Shown: positions 24,395 through 36,616 of the stretch, one piece after another
Position numbering within the stretch: position 1 is the first letter of the stretch
Layout of the letters: every line of letters starts with the position of its first letter
NCBI RefSeq assembly: GCF_030684315.1
Contig: NC_081397.1
Span: 4,464,001 to 4,528,000 of the forward strand
Source: Stegostoma tigrinum
Taxonomy: Eukaryota
Direction of reading: 5' to 3'
Length of the DNA stretch: 64,000 nucleotides
The notes under the pieces: model-generated
Databases searched by the model: none
Seen by the model: only the letters and a program-made list of their open reading frames with translations
Told to the model about the DNA's origin: nothing
Translations under genes and position numbers: made by a program

Positions 24395-27300
24395 CTGGAG
24401 GGAGACAGAAGAGAGCCCTCCTGTAAATCACCATCAGCCAACTTTGATAATATTTCATTGATCAATGCAATGTTCAGTTAATAATCATGACAATATTTCA
24501 TTTCAAGTCAGGAATCTGAACAGAATTAGGTGTTTGATGATACTCTTGCTCTGAGCTGCTTCTTTGTCTTGTGATTTTTCTTTTTGTTAATTCCATACCA
24601 ATTGAGTGAAGTGCAGACACTAAGTGTCCAGATCCACGAATGGGATTACACAATGCGAGTGTGTCTGTGGATATGAGTTTTTGTTTATCTATTCATGTCT
24701 CACACAATCTGAGCCTTTGTTAAATTACTTATGTATTCACACAGCAGAGACTGGCAGGGACCGATGAGATTCTGCCCTGTGTTTATTTGAGAAGTCAAAC
24801 TGTACTTGACCGTGGTTTTCTTTCCCCTTTGTGAATATGAGAATGTTGTTGTCAGTTCTTACCTGATTGTGTGTGATGTGGGAATGTTTGTGTCAGTTTC
24901 TGCAAGGTGAGTATACTTATCCATCTGTGTCAGTTGTTTTCTGCTATCTGAATGTAGGAGAGTAGGCTTCAATCTTTGCTTCTCAGTTTCTGCTATGTCA
25001 ACAGGTGAGCTTGGTTTTTCATCTTTACCTGCAAGTTCCGAGCTTTGAACGTGTGGGTACAATTGTTAACATAATTCTGAATGTTTCTGCTTGTAAAAAT
25101 GCAACCATATTCATCCAATCGTACTTGTCATTTTCAAACAAGTGAATATGAATATCAGACTGATATCTACATTGTCAGTTTCTGTTCTGTAATTGAGTGT
25201 GCTTTTCAGTGTTTAATTAGTTATTAATTTGTATTATTAATTTAAATGGTTAATTTATTTATTAATTATATTATTAATAATATAATTATTATTACTATGC
25301 AGTTATTAATTTGTACCAATTTTTCTTGGTTTACAATGTCACTAGAGAGCTGATCTGTACCTGTCAGTTTCTGCTGAGAGTTTATTTATCAAATTGTTCC
25401 TGTCAGTTTCTGCTCTGTCAATCTGAGAGTGCAGTTATTAATCTATACCTGTCAGTTTCTGCAAGGTGAATGAGGGGGTTCTGTTATGAACATACACCAT
25501 CAGATTCTGCTCAGAGAAGTGAGAGCAGTTATGCTGCCACCATCAACTTTGCTCTGTAAATCTGAGTGCAGTTATTCATCTGCGCTTGTCAGTTTCACGT
25601 TTGTGAATGTGAGTAATTAGTGTTCTCTCCCCAACTGTTTCTTTTTCTTGAATATCAGTTTAGTTATCATCCTGTCCTTGGGGAGGCCAGGGAACTTGGG
25701 GAAATAAATATGGATGTCTTGAAAATAGTCTGCATGACATTAACAGGAGTTGTTAGAGGCAGCAAGAGTAAAAATACAAAGTGGCTAAATCGACAGGACC
25801 CAAACAAGTTTTTGTAGATTTTCAGGATATCAGGATTTTGTGGGAAGCTGTGTTGATAATTTGAACAAATGACATTGTTTTCTTGCTTTCTTGTAATATT
25901 TCGAGGGAAGGATCATCCCATCCCTGTCACATATTGCAATACGAAGTGTGATTATGGTCATCAAATGTGTACACTCAGTTTCTGTTATGTGAATGTGACA
26001 GTGCAGTTATAAATCTCAGTTTCTGCAGTGATAATGAGAGTGTAATTATCAGTCTGTCAGTTTCTGCTATATCCATATGGGTTTAGTTATTATCAGTACA
26101 TGTTAGTTTCTGTCATATGAATGTGACAGTGTCATCAGCCTGCCTCTGACAGTTACTGTACTGAAGGTGCGTGACTGTAGTTACCAAGCTGTAGCTCTCC
26201 ATTACTGCCATGTGAATGAGGGTAGTTGTGCACCTACACCTTGGCTTTCTAATGATCAATGTGTGAGTGTCGTTGTCATTTATATACCTGTTTGGATTTG
26301 CTTGTCAATCTGAGTTTAGTTATCGATCTGTACTTGTCAGATTCTGCTGAGAAAATGTATGATTAGTTATCAAACTGTACCCGTCAGTGTAAACAATGTG
26401 AAATCGGGAGATTTATTATTAATCTGTTCCTGTCAGTTTTTGTGTGGATATGATAGATGTGTTATCAAAAGTTCTGTCAGTAACTACCATGTGAGCATCT
26501 GAGTCTATTTACCGGTCAGTCCCTGTCCGTTTCAGCTCTGTATCCGAGTGTGCAGTTGTTAGTCTGCAACTGGTAGTCTCTGCTACATGACTATTTCAGG
26601 GCATTCATCAAACTTTCCCTATCAGGGAGTGAGTGTGCTATGAATGTGCTTAGCAATTTGGACTTGCCAGTTACGGTATAGAAATGTAAATAACAATTTC
26701 TCCTTGTCAGTTTCTGCTCTATGTGTTAATGAGTGGAGTTAGAAATCTGTACACATGTTTGTACCACACAAATACAGGTACAGATGTGACTCTTTCTCTG
26801 TATGTTTCTGCTACGTGAATATCTAAGCATGGTTATCAATCGGTACATGCCAGCTGCTGCTTTGTGAATCTGTGAATTTAGTTGTCAGTCCATGCCGATC
26901 AGTTTCTGCTTTAAGAATGTATGAGTGCAGTTATCAACCTGTACCTGTCAGTTATTGCTCCATCTATTTGTTTTGTGCAATGGATTGTGTCGAAGCAAAA
27001 GGTTTTGTAACTCCAACAGTGCAGAGTCTAACTGGGAGAAGTTATCAAGGGCTGTTCATCAGGATAACATCAGCTTTTCTGACTGCATTCGTAACATAAT
27101 TCTGTGAGTAATGCTGTGGAATAGACAGATGTGGCATTCCTTTCTTCGAGTCTAAAGGAAAAGGGCAACGAACAAATCAACTGTATTCAGCTGAATGACC
27201 ACGATATCCCTTCTACAGGGAAGGGTATTGGCTAATTCACTTCATTATTCTCATGAATATTACATAACCCTGCTCTGTGGTGTGACGGTGCACGGCAGCA

Positions 27301-28099
27301 GCAATACTCTTATGATGTGCTGTTGTGGGGATGAAGAAAGCAAAAGGACTTGTATTTTCTGTCTTACAGTGGAGAAGATTTAAACTTATTGAACATGGTC
27401 AAACTCTTTGCCAAAAAAATTGACAATTACAAGAGATTTAGTTAAGTGGATCATTCTTCATTGCTTTAAATGGAGATTACATCATTAATGTGAAGAAACA
27501 GCATTCTGTTTTCCTGCTTTTTTATGTAATTTCCTTTGGAGGGGCAAGTGACACAAAACTGTTTAACCTAGTTGCCAAATTCACTTCCATGCTTCCCCAC
27601 CGACGCCACCCCGCCCCCGACCCAAAAAGAAATTTTGCAAGCCAGATGGGAAATATGGTTTCTATTCCTGAAGGTGAACATGTTGAGGATCACGTTATGA
27701 TGAAGTTGGGGTTGTCAAATCTTATACTGCCATGGCACACTTATTGAAATGGAATGCTGGCTGAATGGGATCAGAATTGTCAGGTGCTTGTTTTTGTCTA
27801 CGATCAACCTGATGGGCTCAAAGGTCTTTTTTCTGTCCTGTAGACACCTCCTCTGCTTATATAAAAAAAGCCGTAAACATTTTGTATGTATCCACTTGTT
27901 ACCTGTAGTGTATATGGGTATACATTGTTGTTAGTCTTTGTATGTTATGTATTGATACAATGAGCATATTTGGGACTCAATCTGAATCAGTCAGCAGCTT
28001 TGTGTGTGTGTCTGCATGTGCTCAGTAGTGATTTGCTACTTGCCAGTAACACTTGTCACACGTGGTTGTTGAAACTAGGCAACATGATATATTTCTTAG

Positions 28100-29070
28100 A
28101 GGGGGTAACAAGGTGTAGAGCTCGATGAACAAAGCAGGTCAGGCAGAGGAACAGGAAAGCTGACATTTTGGGACTGTTAGAAATGGGTGAAGAGAAAGGG
28201 ACTCTGCAATAAAGAGAGAGAAGTGAGGAGATGATAATGAAAGGTGGATAAGGACCAGATAGGTGGAGAGAAGATGGACAGTTCAAGGAGGCAGGGCTGG
28301 AGCCAGTAAAGGTAAGTGTAGAGAGGGAGTTTGGATGTGGATTGGTCAGTTGAGGGAAGGTGGAGTGGTCAGGGAGGTAGGGATGATACTAGTTGGCCAG
28401 AGGTGTGGGTGTGTGTTGGTCAGTGAAGTGGGAGGAGCAGATTGGTGAGAGAAAAGATGGACAGGTCAAAGAGGCAGGGACCTGCTGGATGGGTTTGGGG
28501 TGGAGATATTTTGAAGCCCACATTGGGTTGCAGAGCTCTCAAGCGAAATCTGAGGTGCTGTTCGTGCAGTCTTCCGGTGGCAATGTTGTGGCACTGGAGG
28601 CAGCGTGGGATGGATATGTTGTCCAAGGAGTGGAAGGGGGTACTGAAGTGGTTCACAACTGGGAGTTGCAGTCATTTGTCAAGATACGAGCGTAGGTGTT
28701 CGACAGAGCAGTCTCCAAGCCTCTGTTTGGTTTCCCCAAAGTGGAGGCGGCCTCATCGGGAACAGCGGATACAATGCACCACATTAGCGGACATGTAGAT
28801 GAACATCTGTTTGATGTGGAAGGTTTTCTTGGGATGGGGATAAGGGGAGAGATGTTGCGGCAGGTGTTGCACTTCCTGCTGTTGCAGTGAGAAGTGGGGG
28901 TGGGGCTAGTGGGGAGTGTGGAGTGGACGAGGGAGTCAGAGAGAACAATCCCTCTGGAAGGCAGATAAAGGGTGGTGAGGGGAAAAAATAAGTGTCCTTC
29001 GGAGTGGGGTGAGATTGAAGGTGGCAGAAGTGGAGGAGGTTTATGCCTTGAATGCAGAGTTTGATGGAGT
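28100..29070 (-). mobile_element. Degraded Neptune-type Penelope element
   Basis: NHFSTPFHSLDNISI...RLHEQHLRFRLRALQPN. Confidence 0.85.
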
Positions 29071-29106
29071 GATATGTGATGACAAAAGGATATTATCTGA
29101 GTCTTT

Positions 29107-31080
29107 GAGAGACAATGGGAACTGCAGATGTTGGAGAATCCAAGAGAATAAAGTGTGGAGCTGGATGAACACAGCAGGCCAAGCAGCATCTCAGGAGCAC
29201 AACAGCTGATGTTTCGGGCCTAGACCCTTCAGAGAGGGGGATGGGGAGAGGGTTCTGGAATAAATAGGGAGAGAGGTGGAGGCAGACTGAAGATGGAGAG
29301 AAAAGAAGATAGGTGGAGAGGAGAGTATAGGTGGGGAGGTAGGGAGGGGATAAGTCAATCCAGGAAAGATGGACAGGTCAAGGAGGTGGGATGAGGTGGT
29401 GGGTGGGAAATGGAGGTGCGGCTTGAGGTGGGACGAAGTGATGGGTGAGGGGAAGAACAGGTTCGGGAGACAGAGACAGGCTGGGCTGGTTTTGGGATGC
29501 AGTCGGGGGGAGGGGATGAGCTGGGCTGGTTTTGGGATGCAGTGGGGGGAGGGGAGACTTTGAAGCTGGTACAGTCCACATTGATACCATTGGGCTGCAC
29601 AGTTCCCAAACGGAATATGAGTTGCTGTTCCTGCAACCTTCGGGTGGCATCATTGTGCCACTGCAGGAGGCCAGGACGAACATGTCGTCTAAAGAATGGG
29701 AGCGGGAGTTAAAATGGTTCACGACTGGGAGGTGCAGTTGTTCATTGCAAACCGAGCAGAGGCGTTCTGCAAAGCGGTCCCCAAGCCACCGCTTGGTTTC
29801 CCCAATGTACAGGGAGCCAGACCAGGTACAATGGATACAGTATACCACATTGGCAGATGTGCAGGTGACCATCTGCTCAACATGGAAAGCTATTGTGGGG
29901 CCTGGGATGGGGGTGAGGGAGGTGGTGTGGGGGCAAGTGTAGCACTTCCAGCAGTTGCAGGGGAAGGTGCCAGGTGTGGTGGGGTTGGAGGGAAGTGTGG
30001 CATGAACAAGGGAGTCACAGAGCGAGTGATCTCTCCAGAAGGCAGAAGGGTGGGGATGGAAAAATGTCTTGGGTGGTGCGGTCGGATTGTAGATGGCAGA
30101 AGTGTCGGAGGATGATGTGTTGTATCCGGAGGTTGGTGGGGTGGTGTGTGAGAACGAGGGGGATCCTCTGGGGATGGTTGTGGTGGGGTCAGGGTGTGAG
30201 GGATGTGTTGCAGGAAACGTGGGAGACGTGGTCAAGGGCGTTCTCGACCACTGCTTTTTGGGGGGGGGGGGGGGGGGGGGGTGGAGAGAACAGAAGTTGA
30301 GGTCCTTAAAGAACTTGGACATCTGGGATGTGCGGGAGTGGGAGCAGATGCAGCAGAGGTGGAGGAATTGGGAATAGGGGGACGGCATTCTTGCAGGAGG
30401 GTAGGTGTATTCTAGGTAGCTGTGGGAGTTGGTTGGCTTGAATTAGATACCAGTTTCCAGGTGGTTGCCAGAAATGGAAACAGAGGTCCAGGAAGGAGAG
30501 AGATGTATCAGGTGAACTTAAAGTTGGGGTGGAAGGTGTTAGTAAAGTCAATGAACTGTTTGAGCTCCTTGTGGGAGCACAAGGCAGCATCGATACAGTC
30601 AGTCATTGATATAATGGAGGAAGCGGGGTGGGGTGGGGCCAGTGTAGCTGTAAAAGATGGGCTGGTCCACGTATCCTACAAAGAGACAGGAATAGCTTGG
30701 GTCCATGCGGGTGCCCGTGGCCACCCCCTTTGACTGTAGGGAGTGGGAGAAGTTGAAGGAGATGTGGGTGGAGTCACAGACACAGGTGGGAGTTCCTGCA
30801 TCTGGGTGGGTGGGCGGGGGGAATGATGGTGTAGGCAAGGGAGTTGAGATAATTGGAGATCAGTTTGTTGGGGCGGGGTCATGCAGAGGCAATGGGTCAC
30901 CAGGGGCAGTCGGGTTTGTGGATTTTGCAATGAAGCAAAAACAGTTAACATGGCGTTGGGGAAAGATGAGGTTGGAGGCTGTTGGCAGGAGGTTACCTGA
31001 GCGGTTGAGGTTGTGGATGGTCTGGGGGATGATGTTTTGGTGATCAGGACAGGGTCATGATCAAGGGGGTGGTAGGAGGA
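29107..31080 (-). mobile_element. Neptune-type Penelope element: RT C-terminus, GIY-YIG endonuclease and terminal repeat, frameshifted
   Basis: KGVATGTRMDPSYSCLFVGY..FLHYIND (RT); NVVYCIHCTWSGSLYIGETKRWLGDRFAERL (GIY-YIG); terminal repeat at 29107-29240. Confidence 0.92.
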
Positions 31081-31401
31081 GTCTCTCTCTGTCCAGTTTG
31101 AGGCAAAGTACATTTCCTAAATGTAAATTGGATTCAGTTCCTGTTTGAGTACTTTCAACAAAGAGTCACCCGTTAACATTTCAAAGATGTGAATGTTGAT
31201 GGACTATGAATGATGTTAATTGGAACTAGCGGGATGTCAATTGGCAATGGAAACATTACAAAGAGAAACTTGCCTTTTCTCAGTTGGGATTGGGTGGTTG
31301 TTTCCTTGGTCAAGTCTCCGGAAATTGAGCTCAATGTAAGTCTGATTCAATCCGCTCTGACTATGGGAAAGATATTCTCCATTCTGATCACAGGAACGTG
31401 C

Positions 31402-31481
31402 CTGCTGTTAGTTGGAAGCAACTGCACACACTCGGCTTTGTACCAAGGAAATATTGCATCAACTGGTTTCAAGTATTTTGC
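31402..31481 (-). other. Exon-like module copy B (80 nt) of the left-arm putative transcript
   Basis: Minus strand: acceptor TCTTCTGTTTTCCTCCAG| and GC-type donor CAG|GCACGT. Confidence 0.45.
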
Positions 31482-32301
31482 CTGGAGGAAAACAGAAGAG
31501 ATATCTCTCGTAAATCAACATCAGCCAACTTTGACAATATCAAACAGATTAACATATTCAGGTACCAGTTATTAGGATGTTTCTTTTCTAGAACTTCACC
31601 TCCCAAAGCAGCAGAACTCCAAAAGCTTATGATTTTTAATATAAGCCTGTTGGACCACAACATTGTGTCATGAGAGTTGTGTCTTTTCTTTAAAAGGCAT
31701 CAATTTAAACACAAGTCTGACTCAATTCTTACATCGAACTGCTCCTTGTCTGAGTTTTTTTTTAAAATATGAAATTCGATACCAACTGGGCGACATTCAG
31801 AAACTGAACAGTAATTGCACAGCTCCATCTAAGGTGCTACCTGAAGAGGGTGAACTGGTGACACAGCTCATGTAACCAGATCCCAACACACTGACTGTTG
31901 AAGAGAACAACAGCCACTATTTCAAATGTTTTTTTTCCCCGAGACGTGTGATCTGTTAACTCCAATCTGCGTCCTTGACGGGTATTCGCCGCCCCACCCC
32001 CACACCTGGCTCCCGGCAACTCGCAACTAACAGCATGAAACAGCTGCCAAACAGTGAATTGTCAGTGTTTAGAAGTCTAAAAGCTACAAGACTGACCCCC
32101 AGCAGCTTCTTGCCGCTGTGTCTCCCTCAGCAGGCCCACACACAGCCCGAGAAAGGCCTCTCTCTCCCCGCCCCGCGGCCGCTCTCTCTCCAAGTTCCGG
32201 GACCAGTTCCTGCCCCGCTCGGCCTCTTACCAACAGACCCCGGTTCTCCCTGAACTGAGCCCGAATCAATGCCGGTCTCGGAGCCCCCCTCTGTGTCCCA
32301 G

Positions 32302-32510
32302 ACTCACATCTCGATACGCTGCCGGAAGGAGCCTGCTGCTCCCTCGCTTCCCTGGGCGCTGGTCTCTCCATTGCGGTCTGTTTCAAACAAACCTCTTCCA
32401 CTCACTGAGTAAATGCCCCTCAATGACAGCGAAGGGGGAGGGCCTCACGCATGCGCTCGCCTGGTCATCAAAAAGCAACATTGGGGGCCGGGCCAGCCTC
32501 ACGCATGCGC
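32302..32510 (-). promoter_or_regulatory. CpG-rich promoter with two NRF1 motifs and a putative first exon (ATG at 32371, donor GTGAGT at 32307-32302), facing left
   Basis: ACGCATGCGC at 32447-32456 and 32501-32510; GCAATGG start context; 64 nt from ATG to GAT|GTGAGT; inverted near-identical copy at 39064-39272. Confidence 0.6.
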
Positions 32511-33055
32511 TGTTAACCCCATTTTTTAAAAACAAGAGTTTGCAGGCAGCGCGGACCGGACACGGGATCATTGCCTGATCTGTATGTACCAGTCAGGAGG
32601 GAAGCGCGGGGTTTAATACAACCCAGGCAAACTGATCAACCTGCCGGGTAACCGTGGTTAATCAATCTGATCAAACCCGCCGATTTAAACAACTTCAAAG
32701 CGATTAATTACAGAATCCCTTTTTTTTTCGGGGCATGTTTAATTTGTAATTGCAATTGCTGCCTGAAATGCATTTCGCAGGCAAATGGAAGGAATAACCG
32801 TTAAAACATCGCCAGAGATCGTAGCATCAAAGTTAGATAAAATATCATTCCTGGAAGGGTTATACTGCAATATGCGACATTAGTGTCTGGGCAGAATTAC
32901 AAGCCGTGGCAGGAAATAACCAGATGCAGTTCCAGTGACCCTCCCGACATGATTCCATCCTCATTTTCAGTCTCCGCTCTCGGAAATGTGATATTTGAGT
33001 TACTAGAATCAATTCAAGTTTATGCTCTGTCTGCACTCGGAACCGGGACAGGGAT

Positions 33056-33242
33056 AATTTGACTTATAGACGGAGCTGCAGATGCTGGACAATCTGACAG
33101 AAGGTGTAGAGTTGGATGGACAGAGCGAGCCGAGCAGCATCAGAGGAGCAGGAAGAAGGATCTCGGTCCGAAACGTCAGCTTTCCTGCTCCTCTGATGCT
33201 GCTTGGCCTGTTATGTCCAGCCAGCTCTACACCTTGTTATCT
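33056..33242. mobile_element. Fold-back Penelope-terminal-repeat element inserted just downstream of the H1 processing signals
   Basis: CAGGGAT duplicated at 33049-33055 and 33243-33249; the homologous site in the H1 remnant (about 63140) is empty. Confidence 0.75.
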
Positions 33243-33290
33243 CAGGGATCATGTGATCCGGGCTCAGCTCTTTCCTGGAGAGATGTGGGT

Positions 33291-33306
33291 GGCTCTGAGA
33301 AGAGCC
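33291..33306 (-). terminator. Histone 3' stem-loop of H1 with downstream element
   Basis: Minus strand AAA-GGCTCT-TCTC-AGAGCC-ACCCAC, then GGAAAGAGCTG (U7-binding HDE-like). Confidence 0.93.
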
Positions 33307-33342
33307 TTTGGGTTCAGGTGGTGACACGATACACCGACTGCT

Positions 33343-33981
33343 TCATTTCTTTGCTGCTTTCTTGGTCACTTTCGCTTTGGCCTTCGCCTTCGTTCTCACC
33401 GATTTCGGAGCCGGTTTTGAGGCCTTGGGGCTCTTGGTCTTTTTCACCTTCTTCACGGGAGTCTTTTTCTGAGGCGCTGCTTTCTTCGCCGCTTTCTTTG
33501 GCGTTGCTGCCTTCTTGGCGGCCGCTTTCTTTCCTGTTGCTTTCTTGGCTGGGGATTTCTTCGCTGCTACCTTCTTGGCCGTTGTTTTCTTCACGGCTGC
33601 TTTCTTGGCGGCTGCTGCGGGTCTCGCCTTCTTTCCCACTTTTGCCTTGACCTGATTCTTTGCGAGTTTGAAGGAGCCGGAGACGCCCTGGCCCTTCACC
33701 AGAACCAGGGAGCCTTTCGCCAGGCACCTCTTGGTAGCCATCCTGATCTGTGCATTCTGCTTCTCCACATTGATCCCGCTTCTCTGCAGCGCCTTCTTTA
33801 TAGCGGCCAGAGACGTCCCCTTCCGATCGCTGTTCTCCCCGACAATCTTCACAATCCGCTCGCCCAACCCGGGACCGGCTGGCTTTTTCCTGGGGGCCGC
33901 CGCCTTCTTCTTCTTGGGAGCCTTGGGTTTGGTGCTGGCGGAGGCTGGAGGAGCCGTTTCGGCGGCTGCACTGTCGCTCAT
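33343..33981 (-). CDS. H1: Histone H1 (replication-dependent linker histone), 212 aa
   Basis: AAETAP..K-rich N-tail, globular domain RKGTSLAAIKKAL...KGSLVLVKGQGVSGSFKL, K/A/P-rich C-tail with SPKK, TPKK and TPVK motifs; intronless; stem-loop present. Confidence 0.97.
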   Translation of the reverse strand: MSDSAAAETAPPASASTKPKAPKKKKAAAPRKKPAGPGLGERIVKIVGENSDRKGTSLAAIKKALQRSGINVEKQNAQIRMATKRCLAKGSLVLVKGQGVSGSFKLAKNQVKAKVGKKARPAAAAKKAAVKKTTAKKVAAKKSPAKKATGKKAAAKKAATPKKAAKKAAPQKKTPVKKVKKTKSPKASKPAPKSVRTKAKAKAKVTKKAAKK

Positions 33982-34127
33982 GTCGGGAACTCTGCGCTGA
34001 ATCTCTCTCTGTCAGACTGAGCTGGGTCAGCAATGAAGCTGCTGGTGGCGGCACTGAGCAACTTAAAGGCAGCGAGCGGACGGCGCGGAGACAACCTGCC
34101 CTCAGCTCCCTGCTCCTGCTGCCTCTC

Positions 34128-34134
34128 TGTGTTT
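34128..34134 (-). promoter_or_regulatory. H1 box (AAACACA)
   Basis: TGTGTTT on + about 150 nt upstream of the H1 ATG; TATA-like TTTAAG on minus near 34062-34067. Confidence 0.75.
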
Positions 34135-34944
34135 CTCTCTCGGCAGAAACTCTCCAATTCCTCTGCAATTCCGCATCTCCAGAGAGCCAGGTTCGATCGT
34201 TCCTGACCATGACACGGGAAGGTTTGCGGCCAAAAAGTTTTCACTCGAATTGACGGCTCCGTTGTCGAGTTACACGCATTTTGCTGTTGCACTGATCGCG
34301 CTCTCTGAGCTGAGCGCTGGCATTATCCTCACTTTTGGGCTGAAATCTTGAAATCAACAAATACACAGCCTTGAATTCTAGCTTTCGGGTTTAGTGGGGG
34401 AGCAGGTGGATAATTGGAATTGAAAATATTTTCGATCTGCACAAGAGAGATTCGGAAATATCATGATATGAGCGGACAGACAAACACAGTGACGTTAGAC
34501 TAACCCGCCCGCCCTTTTCCCACAGTCTCTCTGATTCAATATTCACATCCACACAGTCACAGGCCAGAAACATTGCCAAATGTAAATGTGGAAGGATATC
34601 ATTTATTTTCCTTTCAGCTTTTGCTCGGATATCAGGGAGTTGTTGGAGATTTTCCCCTCAGTAACTGTTAAAATCTCTGAGGCCGGTGTGCTGGAGATTC
34701 GCTCTTCTCCACATTCAGCTGCAAAAGCCAATCATCTGGTTTGAAGTTCCATTGATCACCCAGATCAGTTTTTTTTTTATTTTCATTCCGGTGACAATAC
34801 TCAACATCGGTTCTGGGAGTAATCAGACATAGAAACACAAATAATGGCAACTTGGCCGAAGCTTTCGGCCCTTCAAACCTCTCCTCCAACTCATCATGAA
34901 AATGGCAGGTCATCTAACTCAATAGCCTGTGTCCGTTTTTCTCT

Positions 34945-35567
34945 CATATGGAGTCGTTCAGCAAGGATGCATAACCTTCAGTCCAACCATAGCATGCCGA
35001 ATATAATGGCAAACTGAACTAGTTCCACCTGCCTGTCCCTGGCCTGTTTCCTTTCAAACCTGTCATATTTACCTACTTATCCAAACGCCGTTTCAAGGCT
35101 GTATTTGTAGACACATGGGCCGTTTCCTCAGAAGTTCATTCCACTTGCAGCCGGCTCTGTGACAATAAAACCCTCGTGTCTTTTGTTTTAATCTCTCTAC
35201 TGTCACTGTAAAAATGTTCACGCCGTTCCTCAATTCCCCCCATCCCAGGCAAAAGACAACTCTCATTAACTCTGTCTCACCCCCTCATTATTTTATGAAC
35301 TTGTATAAGCTGCCTTTCAACATGCCACACTCTAGTGAAAAAAAAACTCCCAGCCTTTCCATCCTTCCTTTATAACTCGAAAACTACATACTCGGCAATT
35401 ACTGGTGAGCCTCTTTTGAACCATCCCCACCTTAATACTGTCCTTCCTCCAACTGGCCAACTGGCCTCACCCAATGCCCTGTGTAACGTCAATGTGATTG
35501 TCGCCTCCTAAACTCAAAGGACTGAGCAGTGAAGGAAAGCGTGCCAAACACCTTCTTCACAATCCTG
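34945..35567 (-). mobile_element. Degraded CR1 3' end, interrupted by the Neptune element at 35568
   Basis: IVKKVFGTLSFTAQSFEFRR (CR1 VKKAxGxLxFI motif). Confidence 0.7.
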
Positions 35568-36615
35568 AGATAATGGGAACTGCAGATGCTGGAGAATTCC
35601 AAGATAATAAAATGTGAGGCTGGATGAACACAGCAGGCCAAGCAGCATCTCAGGAGCACAAAACCTAGACCCTTCATCAGAGAGGGGGATGGGGAGAGGG
35701 AACTGGAATAAATAGGGAGAGAGGGGGAGGCGGACCGAAGATGGAGAGTAAAGAAGATAGGTGGAGAGAGTATAGGTGGGGAGGTAGGGAGGGGATAGGT
35801 AAGTCCAGGGAAGACGGACAGGTCAAGGAGATGGGATGAGGTTAGTAGGTAGATGGGGGTGCGGCTTGGGGTGGGAGGAAGGGATGGGTGAGAGGAAGAA
35901 CCGGTTAGGGAGGCAGAGACAGGTTGGACTGGTTTTGGGATGCAGTGGGTCGGGGGGGGAAGAGCTGGGCTGGCTGTGTGGTGCAGTGGGGGGAGGGGAC
36001 GAACTGGGCTGGTTTAGGGATGCAGTAGGGGAAGGGGAGATTTTGAAACTGGTGAAGTCCACATTGATACCATATGGCTACAGGGTTCCCAGGCAGAATA
36101 TGAGTTGTTGTTCCTGCAACCTTCGGGTGGCATCACTGTGGCACTGCAGGAGGCCCATGATGGACATGTCATCTAGAGAATGGGAGGGGGAGTGGAAATG
36201 GTTTGCGACTGGGAGGTGCAGTTGTTTGTTGCGAACTGAGCGGAGGTGTTCTGCAAAGTGATCCCCAAGCCTCCGCTTGGTTTGCCCAATGTAGAGGAAG
36301 CCGCACCGGGTACCGGTGGATGCAGTATACCGCATTGGCAGATGTGCAGGTGAACCTCTGCTTAATGTGGAAAGTCATCTTGGGGCCTGGGATAGGGGTG
36401 AGGGAGGAGGTGTGGGGACAAGTGTAGCATTTCCTGCGGTGCAGGGCAAAGTGCCGGGTGTGGTGGGATTGGACAAGCGAGTCACGGAGAGAGTGGTCTC
36501 TCCAGAAGGCATGCAAGGGTGGGGTGGGAAAAATGTCTTTGGTGGTGGAGTCATATTGTCAATGGCAGAAGTGTCGGAGGATGACGCGTTGTACTGGAGG
36601 TTGGTGAGGTGGGAA
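35568..36615 (-). mobile_element. Neptune-type Penelope 3' half with terminal repeat
   Basis: CGFLYIGQTKRRLGDHFAEHLRSVRNKQLHLPVANHF; terminal GAGATAATGGGAACTGCAGATGCTGG. Confidence 0.92.
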
Positions 36616-36616
36616 T

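Larger units (their letters stand above)
22500..26960 (+). repeat. Degenerate ~47-bp tandem repeat (near TGTCAGTTTCTGCTGTGTGAATGTGAGTGTAGTTATCAATCTGTACC), left-arm orientation, interrupted by TEs
   Basis: Recurrent TGTCAGTTTCTGC, e.g. at 25362, 25401 and 25450. Confidence 0.85.

Noticed and set aside
29378-30388. 336-aa ORF as a host gene or an active element
   Set aside because: Penelope GIY-YIG region with frameshifts, a poly-G expansion and a broken RT.
32084-32401. 105-aa ORF and its 150-aa twin at 39173-39625 as complete single-exon proteins
   Set aside because: They start at GTG and run through a strong GTGAGT donor into GC-rich sequence; the similarity reflects DNA duplication, and coding constraint is not shown.
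33314-34210. 298-aa minus-strand ORF overlapping H1
   Set aside because: Alternative frame of the low-complexity H1 CDS; its start lies upstream of the H1 promoter elements and it has no recognisable domain.
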